64,000 nt of DNA from Planctomycetota bacterium (GTDB taxonomy: Bacteria; Planctomycetota; MHYJ01; JACQXL01; JACQZI01), in the NCBI GenBank assembly GCA_016207825.1, contig JACQZI010000005.1, forward strand, positions 1,122-65,121, in the 5' to 3' direction. Below are positions 37,203-45,823 of the stretch, one piece after another. The notes beneath the pieces were generated by a model. The model did not search any database. It was not told the origin of the DNA and saw only the letters and a program-made list of their open reading frames with translations. The stretch's first letter is position 1. The number at the start of each line of letters is the position of its first letter. The translations under genes and the position numbers were made by a program.

Positions 37203-37466
37203 TAGACGAAATAAAAGCATACTGGGAGCAAACCGAAGGTGAAACTCCTGAAAAGTAAAAATCGGCGTTCTAATCCGCTCGTGATTAAGGAGTTATATCG
37301 GCAGGAAGTGGCCTGCGAGTAAAGAGTGATGGGAAATAAATCCTCAAAATACAGAGAAGCTGATTAAGCCATTAGGCTCAGACGATTTTGAAACACGGGA
37401 AAATGCGTTACATCATCCAGGTTAATATGTATACGCTCTTTGCCGTTATCCTTAATCAGGGCTAAA

Positions 37467-37745
37467 TCACCTGCTTTTCCCAAGCCCCAACGCTTTAAGG
37501 GTTTTCAGGTTAATGCCCCGTCCCTTACAGCAATCCGCCAGCTTGCCGTTAATCGCAACCGCGGGCACGGATTTGACGCCGTATTTTTTTGCCTTGGTGC
37601 GGCAGATATTGGTCTTGCAACCTTTATTAAGGTCGTAAACCTTGACCTCGCAGGAATCGCAGGCAATCGCTTTTACCTGCTTTACCGCTTCTTTACACAC
37701 CGGGCATCCGGCTGTAAAAACCTCTATCAATCTTTTCTCCGCCAT
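37467..37745 (-). CDS. Thioredoxin-fold protein (Thioredoxin_3 / redox-active disulfide protein 2-like) with CPVC and additional Cys pairs
   Basis: FTAGCPVCK…KYGVKSVPAVAINGK pattern. Last gene of the merR operon. Confidence 0.55.
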   Translation of the reverse strand: MAEKRLIEVFTAGCPVCKEAVKQVKAIACDSCEVKVYDLNKGCKTNICRTKAKKYGVKSVPAVAINGKLADCCKGRGINLKTLKALGLGKSR

Positions 37746-37748
37746 ACG

Positions 37749-38198
37749 TCACTTCCTTTCTTCAGGGGTGTTATTTAGCGTAATCCGGCAGCAGTCCCCT
37801 TCGACTGCCGGCAGATTTTCCGGTTGTCTGATAATGCGCTTTGGCATAATATTCCAGATGCTGGCGATAATCAACACTGCCGCGCCGGCATACAATATTA
37901 CGCCCGATATAAATAAGAACTTGCCGCCCAACATTACGAGCGATGCGGCTAACCCCAGCCAGAACGGCCCGTATCCGCGGCGCTGTCTTGCCCTGAATAA
38001 AAACGAGAGCAAAGTAATCCCGATTAATAAGCCAACCGCCGCCAACAAATAATTATCGTTTAGCAAGAAGCTCAGACCGAGCGACGATAACAGCCCCGCG
38101 TAAAGGGGCCAGCAGCACGGTCAGGTCACCTTGGGAAGAAAGACTGCGATAACCGCCGGGATTGACCATAAGGCGCGAATCCATTTATTTTGTTTCAT
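37749..38198 (-). CDS. MerT-like membrane protein interrupted by an in-frame TGA: MKQNKWIRALWSIPAVIAVFLPKVT-[TGA]-PCCWPLYAGLLSSLGLSFLL…GDCC…. It is either a selenocysteine/readthrough gene or a pseudogene.
   Basis: The ATG at 38198 overlaps the merR stop (ATGA) and has a GGAGA RBS. The vicinal CC pair lies in TM1, as in MerT, directly after the TGA. The ORF track shows only the post-TGA part (37749..38066). Confidence 0.45.
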
Positions 38199-38626
38199 AT
38201 CCGATTCTCCTTTGATAATGTTTTTATCACCGAACATCCGGCGAGAATTCCTTTGCGCGGACAGGTCTTGATTAAACCCTTTAACGACTTGCGCAACTTA
38301 CGCAGGCTGGTAATTTTCTCTTCAATCTCCGTGATTTTAAGAGCCACTGATTTATAGACGTCACGGCAGGTTCCCTTTTTGCCGTCTATCAAGTCGAGCA
38401 ATTGTTTGATTTCCCTGAGGGCAAAGCCGAATTGCTGGGCGTGCTTAATAAAATCGATTCGCTGGATTATTTCCGGAGAAAACAGCCGGTAGCCCTTGCT
38501 GAAAAGCTGGTAAGCGGATAGCTTCCTGGGCGGCGCGGGGATAAAGCCGATGCGTTCGTAATAGCGGATGGTGGAAACTTTCACTCCGGATTTTTTAGCC
38601 GCCTGCCCGATGGTTAATTCTTTCAT
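38195..38626 (-). CDS. MerR-family metal-responsive regulator
   Basis: N-terminal HTH IGQAAKKSGVKVSTIRYYE. Three Cys (GTC…TCP…AGC) at MerR-like spacing. Confidence 0.75.
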   Translation of the reverse strand: MKELTIGQAAKKSGVKVSTIRYYERIGFIPAPPRKLSAYQLFSKGYRLFSPEIIQRIDFIKHAQQFGFALREIKQLLDLIDGKKGTCRDVYKSVALKITEIEEKITSLRKLRKSLKGLIKTCPRKGILAGCSVIKTLSKENRI

Positions 38627-38632
38627 GGTAAT

Positions 38633-38664
38633 ATTATACTCCCTGCACTTGGGTATAGAGTCAA
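38633..38664 (-). promoter_or_regulatory. TTGACT-20-TATAAT promoter with a dyad (TATAC…GTATA) in the over-long spacer, the MerR-type architecture. The merR mRNA is leaderless.
   Basis: Minus strand: cTTGACTctatacccaagtgcagggagTATAATattaccATG. Confidence 0.55.
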
Positions 38665-38839
38665 GTTTTTTACGGTTAAATTTTAGTTAAATACTTGAGT
38701 TTGGCAAATTTTGAGTAGAAGGCGGAAAAACCACATAAATAAGAGTTAAATGCCCCTATGTCTCCCTAGACCCTCCCCGACCCCGAAAACATTCGGGGTT
38801 GGGGTCGGACACTCAGGGCATCGGGACGGGGTGGAGCCT

Positions 38840-39640
38840 TTACTTTTTCTCTTTGAGTTCCTGGGCTTGTTTTTTGACCAGTCTCATTTCTTCGGGGTCA
38901 AAAGATTCCCAGGCGGTTCCCAGAATCGCCGGATACTCCTTCTCGATTGCCTTGGCCACATAATTTAATAAAACGGCATAATAGGGAGCCACGTTGCCTT
39001 TGATTGAATCTTCGTCCCGAAGAATTACGTTATAAGGCACTTCGGTGTTAGGAATCTCCAGGCTCTTAGACCACATCAGCTCGCGGGTCAGGGGTTCCCG
39101 CAATTCCAGATTGATTTTCCCGCTCAGCACGAACTTTCCGGTCATGTCTGAACCCTTGCCGCCGCCCAACTTGGATTCGATTTTGACCGATTTGGATTCA
39201 TAGTCCTGCGCGTCGAGGGAAAGTTCTGTCGTGGAGATAAGAATCAGGTCACTGCCTTTTTTATCCGGAAAGGGAATCTTGTCATAAGAAGCAAATGGGC
39301 CGCGGACGCTAAAGCCTTTGGCCGTCAGGAGGCTCAGAAAGCCCGGTTCCAGCTCATCGCCTAAGGATTTAAATTGTTGATGGGGAAACCAAGTCTCGAT
39401 GTCTTTAGAGAGAAGCCAGGTAATGCCGGGAAGGGCTTTGACTTTAACATCAGCACTGCCTAACAGCAACGTTACGCCCGCGGAATCCGGCTCGGCCTGG
39501 GCAGGCGGGGTATAGCTAAAAGCCGGGGTATAGGCCTCGACCTTTGGTTCTTGCTGTTTTTCCGACGGACTCATGTTACAGCCCAGAAACATGCCGGATA
39601 AAAGAGCCGCGGCCAAAACTACCAGGCATATTCTTGTCAT
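38840..39640 (-). CDS. Lipoprotein, hypothetical
   Basis: MTRICLVVLAAALLSGMFLGC lipobox. Confidence 0.5.
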   Translation of the reverse strand: MTRICLVVLAAALLSGMFLGCNMSPSEKQQEPKVEAYTPAFSYTPPAQAEPDSAGVTLLLGSADVKVKALPGITWLLSKDIETWFPHQQFKSLGDELEPGFLSLLTAKGFSVRGPFASYDKIPFPDKKGSDLILISTTELSLDAQDYESKSVKIESKLGGGKGSDMTGKFVLSGKINLELREPLTRELMWSKSLEIPNTEVPYNVILRDEDSIKGNVAPYYAVLLNYVAKAIEKEYPAILGTAWESFDPEEMRLVKKQAQELKEKK

Positions 39641-39946
39641 CTTATTCTCCTTATTTTCTACGGTGGCACAAACCTTTATTCCCACAGTAGAATATCAGAA
39701 TTATCAGGAATGTCAATCTATTTATTCTGCCTCGTTTTTTTTTGTTATCCAGTTTGACTTTAGCCGTGTTTTATGATATAAATAATATTTTGTAAGCTGA
39801 TTAAGCGGATTGAACCGGTTTGGTTTGTGTATCAGAAAAATCAGATAAATTGGCTTAATCTGCCTCTACCTATTTATTAAATCAGGCGTCCCCGAATCAC
39901 GCAAAGCGGGATGAAAGGGACTTACTTTATTAATCTCTTATGGAAA

Positions 39947-40111
39947 ACGAGAACTGTTTCGCCATTCCAAAGTTAAGTATTAAATCAAAGGCGAACGTGC
40001 TCATTATACCATTGATAGCAGTATGTTAAACGAGCGCTGCTTCGCCATTCCAAAGTTAAGTATTAAATCAAAGGCGAACGTGCTCGTTATACCAATTATA
40101 GCAGTATGTTA
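39947..40111 (+). repeat. Tandem duplication, 2 copies and the start of a third, of an 82-83-bp unit that includes the dinB start codon. It creates two 28-29-codon upstream ORFs whose TAA stop overlaps the next ATG (ATGTTAA).
   Basis: aacgag…ttcgccattccaaagttaagtattaaatcaaaggcgaacgtgctc…agcagtatgtta repeated. Confidence 0.8.
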
Positions 40112-41299
40112 AACGAGCGCTATATCGTCCACGTTGATATGGATGCGTTTTTCGCCGCTATCGAACAGCGGGATAATCCGTCCTTGCGCGGGAAACCGGT
40201 TATTGTAGGTTCCGATCCTAAAGGGGGCAAAGGCCGTGGCGTAGTCTCCACATGCTCATACGAGGCGCGCAAGTTCGGAATCCATTCCGCCATGCCTATC
40301 TCGGAAGCCTATCGCAGGTGCCCCACCGCCATCTTTCTCCCCGTTGATATGGAAAAATACTCGCGCGTCTCAGGCGAGATATTCAAACTGCTCTATGAAT
40401 TCACTCCGGTCATCGAACCCGTCAGCATTGACGAGGCGTTTCTGGATATCACGGAAAGCTATAAAATCTTTGGAACGCCGCTCAAGACCTGTGCATTAAT
40501 CAAGGAACGCATCAAAAAGGAAACGGGATTGACTGCATCGCTCGGGATGGCGCCGGTCAAGATGGTTGCCAAGATTGCCTCCGACCTAAAAAAGCCCGAT
40601 GGCTTTGTCGAAGTGAAAGCGGGCAAGGTGCGCGAGTTCCTGAACCCACTGCCTATCAGAAAACTCTGGGGATTGGGGGAAAAGAGTGAAATCATTTTTA
40701 ACCGAATGGGGATTAAAACCATCGGCCAACTCGCCCGGATGGATGAAGAGAAATTAGTTGAGATACTCGGAGAAAACGGGCGGCATCTGCTCTCCCTCTC
40801 TAAAGGAATCGACCCGCGGGAAGTCGTGACCGAATATGAAACCAAATCCGTCAGCAAGGAATTCACCTTTGATGTTGATACGCTGGATAAGAAAAAGATA
40901 GAAGCGACCCTGATGCTCTTGTGCGAGGGGGTCTCGGCTAATCTGCGCGCGGAGGGATTAAAAGGCCGGACCATCACCCTGAAAATCCGGCTGGAAGGCT
41001 TTGAAACTTACACGCGGGCGGCAACTATAACTGAGCCGACGAACTTCGAGGACGTGATTTACCAGGAAATAAAAACGCTCTATAATAAGTTTGAGACACG
41101 AGGGAAAAGGATTCGGCTTTTGGGGGTGAAGGTTTCGCACTTCGGCGAGGTGGGAATACAAACGAACCTCTTCGAAAAGCCCGACCGGAAAAAGGAAGAA
41201 CTCCACAAGGCGCTTGACGCCATCAAGAAGAAGTTCGGCGATGACGCCATCCACCGCGCCACGGTAATAAAAAATAAAGACGAGTCACAAACCAGTTGA
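40106..41299 (+). CDS. dinB: DNA polymerase IV
   Basis: MLNERYIVHVDMDAFFAAIEQRDNPSLRGKPVIVG and later Y-family motifs. Confidence 0.9.
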   Translation: MLNERYIVHVDMDAFFAAIEQRDNPSLRGKPVIVGSDPKGGKGRGVVSTCSYEARKFGIHSAMPISEAYRRCPTAIFLPVDMEKYSRVSGEIFKLLYEFTPVIEPVSIDEAFLDITESYKIFGTPLKTCALIKERIKKETGLTASLGMAPVKMVAKIASDLKKPDGFVEVKAGKVREFLNPLPIRKLWGLGEKSEIIFNRMGIKTIGQLARMDEEKLVEILGENGRHLLSLSKGIDPREVVTEYETKSVSKEFTFDVDTLDKKKIEATLMLLCEGVSANLRAEGLKGRTITLKIRLEGFETYTRAATITEPTNFEDVIYQEIKTLYNKFETRGKRIRLLGVKVSHFGEVGIQTNLFEKPDRKKEELHKALDAIKKKFGDDAIHRATVIKNKDESQTS

Positions 41300-41332
41300 C
41301 AGGCAAAGGTATATTTATTATATTATACCAGT

Positions 41333-43360
41333 ATGAAAGATAAGCAATTATCAGAATACCTCGAAAAGATTAGTTCATTCGGGGGAAAAAGCAACTGGCA
41401 AAAAGTAAGGCATCTCGGGGAGACGGCCGTAAAAAAGCTGGCGACACTCCATTACACACCCCAAGAAGAATTTACGCTCTACCGCCAGATGGGACTGGCT
41501 TATTATAATCTGGTGGAATATCCCCGTTCGGTTGATATTTTCTACAAGGCCTATCTGGTAGCCTCGCGCAATTCATTCCCGCCAATACAAGTAGCTTATG
41601 CCCATTACAGCTTAGGGCTTGGTTTTCTTGTAATGCACCACATCAAGCAATCTTTAGCGCAATTACTGAAGGTGGAACAATATTACCAAAAATATGGCGA
41701 TGCGACCCCGCCGATGAACCGGAATAAGTATTATTTCTCACTTATCTATATCGCTCTTTGCCATCTCTATAATAATGAAATAGACAAAGCACGGGAGGTA
41801 ATCGAACAGAAACTTGCCGGCCCGATGGAAACAGAATCGAACGGCATTATTTTAAATAGTTATCATCACCTGAAAGGCGAATATGCCTACGCCATAAAAG
41901 ATTATGTCGCATCCCGCAAGGCTTTCAACGAATGCGTTAAAATCAGCGAGGAGTTCAAATTCCCGCGCGGCATCCTGGAAGCAAAGGTGCATATAGTCAC
42001 CCTTGATATCCTGGAAGGACATTTGGATTCTGCCGTCCGGCTGGCAACCAGTATCTTTCAAGACGCCCGCCGGATAAAATATAACGAACTCGTTTGCGAA
42101 GCCGGATTGCTTTTAAGTAAATGTTATTCCCTCTTCCGCCAGCCGAACAAGGCGCAGGCAATCGAAAAACGTATCAAACCGCTTTTACGGAAACTGGACA
42201 TCATCTGGTTTTATGAAAAAACCCGGGAGTTTGAACTGCTCTATCAACAAATGGAAACAAGCGTCAATTTACCGCAGGCAATGCATCCCGATACTGCGAG
42301 CCGGGAGACGTGGCTGACCCGGACAAAACCACTGCCGGAAGTGCTTGCCCAGGCGATTAACCACTGTTCCGCGCAAATGCCTTATAAAAGTGTGATTATC
42401 GGTAATGCACCGCCGATGCGGGAGGTTTGCCAGTTGATTAATCGGATTGGCCCGACCGACCTGCCCGTTTTAATCCAGGGGGAAACCGGGACGGGCAAGG
42501 AACTTGTGGCCCACGCGGTTCACCACCTCCATAATCTGCGTTCATCCAAACCGTTATTAGCTTTTAATTGCGGGGCTTTCCCGGAGACCCTGATTGAAAG
42601 CGAACTCTTCGGGCATACCAAAGGCGCCTTTACGGGGGCAAGCGAGAAAAAGAAAGGCTATATTGAACTGGCGTCCGGGGGATCGCTTTTTATGGATGAG
42701 GTCGCCAATATGTCTTCATCAATGCAACAGAAACTATTGCGGGTCCTGGAAGAAAAACAAGTTTGGCCGCTGGGGGCGGAAAAAGCGATTCCTATCAATA
42801 CCCGCTTTATTTTTGCTTCCAACCGAAACCTTGACAACTTAGTCCGCCAGAAACTTTTCCGGGAAGACTTGTTCTACCGGATTAATACAATTGTCATTAC
42901 TCTTCCATCCCTGCGTGACCGCAAGGACGATATCCCTTTGCTAATCCAGCACTTCCTTGCTAAATATTCTCCTAAAGACGCACGACACAGTGCGCAGCCT
43001 CCCGTAGGGATAACGCAGGACGCACAACGCCTCCTCACCACCTATTCCTGGCCAGGAAATGTAAGAGAACTGGAAAATGAGGCCAAAAAGATTTGCGTGC
43101 TGTATCCTGATGCCAAATTAATCAAAGACGATATGCTTTCCGATGCTATCCGGGCTTGCAAACCAACCAGTGAATATTTATCAAACAACAGATTAACCTT
43201 AAAAGAACAGAGGGCAGACTGGGAACGGAATACCATCAAAGAAACCATAAAAAAATGCTCCGGCAATATCACCAAAACCGCCTCCCGGTTAGGATTAGAC
43301 CGTTCCGGCTTATACAAAAAAATGCGGGAATTAAACATCCCGTTCAAAGATGTAGACTAA
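41333..43360 (+). CDS. Sigma-54-dependent activator (TPR-AAA+-HTH), paralog 3
   Basis: GETGTGKELVAHAVH, GAFTGA, HTH. A TTGACA promoter lies about 35 bp upstream. Confidence 0.85.
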   Translation: MKDKQLSEYLEKISSFGGKSNWQKVRHLGETAVKKLATLHYTPQEEFTLYRQMGLAYYNLVEYPRSVDIFYKAYLVASRNSFPPIQVAYAHYSLGLGFLVMHHIKQSLAQLLKVEQYYQKYGDATPPMNRNKYYFSLIYIALCHLYNNEIDKAREVIEQKLAGPMETESNGIILNSYHHLKGEYAYAIKDYVASRKAFNECVKISEEFKFPRGILEAKVHIVTLDILEGHLDSAVRLATSIFQDARRIKYNELVCEAGLLLSKCYSLFRQPNKAQAIEKRIKPLLRKLDIIWFYEKTREFELLYQQMETSVNLPQAMHPDTASRETWLTRTKPLPEVLAQAINHCSAQMPYKSVIIGNAPPMREVCQLINRIGPTDLPVLIQGETGTGKELVAHAVHHLHNLRSSKPLLAFNCGAFPETLIESELFGHTKGAFTGASEKKKGYIELASGGSLFMDEVANMSSSMQQKLLRVLEEKQVWPLGAEKAIPINTRFIFASNRNLDNLVRQKLFREDLFYRINTIVITLPSLRDRKDDIPLLIQHFLAKYSPKDARHSAQPPVGITQDAQRLLTTYSWPGNVRELENEAKKICVLYPDAKLIKDDMLSDAIRACKPTSEYLSNNRLTLKEQRADWERNTIKETIKKCSGNITKTASRLGLDRSGLYKKMRELNIPFKDVD

Positions 43361-43487
43361 ACCCCTCTGGTGTAGACTTTTTTCCACACTTTAATCAAAT
43401 CCATTTTATCGCAGGCGGCTATCCATCCACAACCTCTTTATTTTAAGCAGTTAGAAACTCGGTGCTTTTAGCTAAAACAGCCTTCTT

Positions 43488-43503
43488 TGGCACGTTATTT
43501 GCT
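43488..43503 (+). promoter_or_regulatory. Sigma-54 promoter TGGCACGTTATTTGCTATA
   Basis: Same core as the other three. Confidence 0.65.
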
Positions 43504-43540
43504 ATATATAATGTATATATCAATAACGAAAGGATAGCAT

Positions 43541-43789
43541 ATGAATAACAACAAAGCGAATAAATCGGGATTAGCTTGCCCCCCGCTCAGCACGGATGAT
43601 CTCGTTGTGTTGCGCGGCAAACCAATGGCAAAAATAATCCAACCTATTAATAACCATCCTCATCCTGCAAAGGACTCGTTCCCGTCTACAACAGAAGAAT
43701 GGGTTTACATATCTATCAGGGATAATTCTAATGAACATTATTTCTTTGAAAATCAACAGCTTGTTGGATGGAAGAAAACAGCGGTATGA
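43541..43789 (+). CDS. Small conserved protein of 82 aa, family member 2
   Basis: LRGKPMAK…EEWVY…EHYFFENQQLVGWKKTAV. Confidence 0.5.
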   Translation: MNNNKANKSGLACPPLSTDDLVVLRGKPMAKIIQPINNHPHPAKDSFPSTTEEWVYISIRDNSNEHYFFENQQLVGWKKTAV

Positions 43790-43857
43790 AAGTATGCATT
43801 AATATGCCAGGGAGACGAAAGCCCGCCGAAGGCGGGTCCGTCTCTGGCGGAAAAGGA

Positions 43858-44337
43858 ATGAATATGAAGGCAAAAACAAAATTAGGGCTAAGCATCCTTG
43901 GGGTTTTGGGATTGGTGTCAGCGGCGCTTATTGGTTTTACTAACCACACCGCTAAATATGAAATAAAACCGCAGGCTGGCGACAAAATAGAATATAGATG
44001 CCGTCCCTTGGCCGTAGGGCAAGGGGCTGAAGCTAAATTAAGCCGCGTAATCGTTTATCAATGCGGGCTTCCGCTTAGCCGGGCTTGTGAAGTTTCTAAC
44101 GGCGTTATCACCCTGCCGGTTGGCGATGAACGGATACTTTCCATTAACGGATATGATGCCCTTGGAAATCCGGTTGAGACCGAAGGTTCTACCTGGGATA
44201 TTAACCGGGTTGAATGTCTGTCATGTTGTTCGCAATGTAATAAGCAATTAAGCATAAAAGGCATAAACCCCGGGACAGCAAATATCACGTTAAGATGCGG
44301 AGGAATAACCGTTCCGGTAAAAGTCGTGGTGCAGTAA
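43858..44337 (+). CDS. Exported Cys-rich protein with a bacterial Ig-like fold
   Basis: Signal peptide; C-terminal ITLRCGGITVPVKVVV. Confidence 0.45.
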   Translation: MNMKAKTKLGLSILGVLGLVSAALIGFTNHTAKYEIKPQAGDKIEYRCRPLAVGQGAEAKLSRVIVYQCGLPLSRACEVSNGVITLPVGDERILSINGYDALGNPVETEGSTWDINRVECLSCCSQCNKQLSIKGINPGTANITLRCGGITVPVKVVVQ

Positions 44338-44352
44338 CAAAAGGAGCTGTTT

Positions 44353-45702
44353 ATGGGTAAATTAACCATTGGTGTTCTTGTCATCGTCTTTATCATCTCT
44401 GGCTCTCTCCACGCCGAAACGTTTATTGAAAACTTTTCGACCACCACCAACAAAGACGCCGGCAACACTACGGCTAACTGGGATACCGCAACCGGTCTTT
44501 TAAAACTTCCGGGAAGCGGTGCGACATCCGAAAAACCTTTAAGCACGAATACATTCCCTACTTCATCCCTTGCCGCTGTTTATGAAATAGGTTGGCGATT
44601 TATCCCTCAAGTCAATGGTCAAATCACCGCCTTAGGCAGATATGATGATGCGTCTCATAATAATACTATTATTACGTTGTGGAACGATTCGGGCGGACAA
44701 CTGGCCCAGGTAACGGTGGTAAACAGCGCCGGATGGTCATGGGCGGCCTTAGGTACACCGGTCAATGTAACGGCCGGCACTGCTTACCGGGTAAGCCTTT
44801 GGTGTTCGACTGGCTATAAATACGGCGCATGGGCTCAACCACAAATCAGAGGAAATATCCAAATAACCTCATATTGTTATCTTGTGAATACCCATGCGTA
44901 TCCTAACCTTACGGGGACAGGCTATATGTACGGAGTCCCTGATATAGAATTCACTGTTGGTGGCGGTTACCAAACACCTAAAACCGGACAATCTACAAAA
45001 ATCAATACAACCTTCGATACCATTCAGGCGGTTAACCTGTCCGTTTCAGGTACTCTGCCGGCGAATACCGCCATTACTTATGAAATCACCGCCAACGCCG
45101 GGACAAACTGGTATCAAATCACGCCGACCGCGCAAGGGAATGAATTTATTATTCCTCAAGTCGGCAGGGGAAACGACCTTAGGTGGCGCGCGAATTTATC
45201 TACTGCTAATACCAACGTTACGCCGTCCTTGGACCAATTAATAATCACTTATTATACAGGCAGCGCTTTAGTCACCACCACCAACTGGACGGGTTTGGTT
45301 AATACGAATCCGATTAAAATGGGTCAATCAATTGCTTATATCAAGTTTGATGCCAAAACCGATTCAGGAACCGCATGTTGGAAGCGTTTTCGTGTTGATA
45401 AAGGGCTGAAAACATACACAAACTCTGCCTGCCCGGATAATAAGATTGAAGTCCAGGTTTGGTGTGATACAAATACCAACGGCTTCTGGGATACCGGCGA
45501 TACGTTTATCGCCAAAGGTAATTTTACTAACGGCACTTGTTACCTCAATATGAACCGCTGGCAGGTAACGACCACCTCTAAAACATATTACATCGTGTAT
45601 AAGCTTGCTAATGATATTGGAGGTGGTCAACGTGCCGGGGTAAGCGTGAAAGATAGTAGTTATCTTGAGTTCGAGAATGCTACATGTGTAGGTGTTCCGT
45701 AA
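44353..45702 (+). CDS. Exported paralog 4: signal peptide, a DUF4082-like domain (GWRFIPQVNGQITALGRYDD…) and the conserved C-terminal module
   Basis: The C-terminal 190 aa belong to the family (…YLEFENATCVGVP*). Confidence 0.6.
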   Translation: MGKLTIGVLVIVFIISGSLHAETFIENFSTTTNKDAGNTTANWDTATGLLKLPGSGATSEKPLSTNTFPTSSLAAVYEIGWRFIPQVNGQITALGRYDDASHNNTIITLWNDSGGQLAQVTVVNSAGWSWAALGTPVNVTAGTAYRVSLWCSTGYKYGAWAQPQIRGNIQITSYCYLVNTHAYPNLTGTGYMYGVPDIEFTVGGGYQTPKTGQSTKINTTFDTIQAVNLSVSGTLPANTAITYEITANAGTNWYQITPTAQGNEFIIPQVGRGNDLRWRANLSTANTNVTPSLDQLIITYYTGSALVTTTNWTGLVNTNPIKMGQSIAYIKFDAKTDSGTACWKRFRVDKGLKTYTNSACPDNKIEVQVWCDTNTNGFWDTGDTFIAKGNFTNGTCYLNMNRWQVTTTSKTYYIVYKLANDIGGGQRAGVSVKDSSYLEFENATCVGVP

Positions 45703-45823
45703 CACGAAATCAGTGCGAAGCCTCCCCGACAGGGGGCGAAACTGAAATGCGGAAACACGAAAGATTAATATTCCGTGTTTTCGTGAATTCTTTTCGTGTT
45801 TTCGTGTAACAGAAAGGAGGTGC

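Noticed and set aside
38775-38815. Terminator for the convergent genes at 38840 / 38626
   Set aside because: A strong GC hairpin (CCGACCCCGAAaacaTTCGGGGTTGGGGTCGG) is present but has no U-tract on either strand. It is left as an unassigned hairpin.
39940-40110. LexA/SOS box in the duplicated dinB upstream unit (CGAACGTGCTCGTT)
   Set aside because: It resembles the CGAAC half of a Cheo box but lacks the GTTCG partner. No other lineage-specific LexA motif could be matched with confidence.
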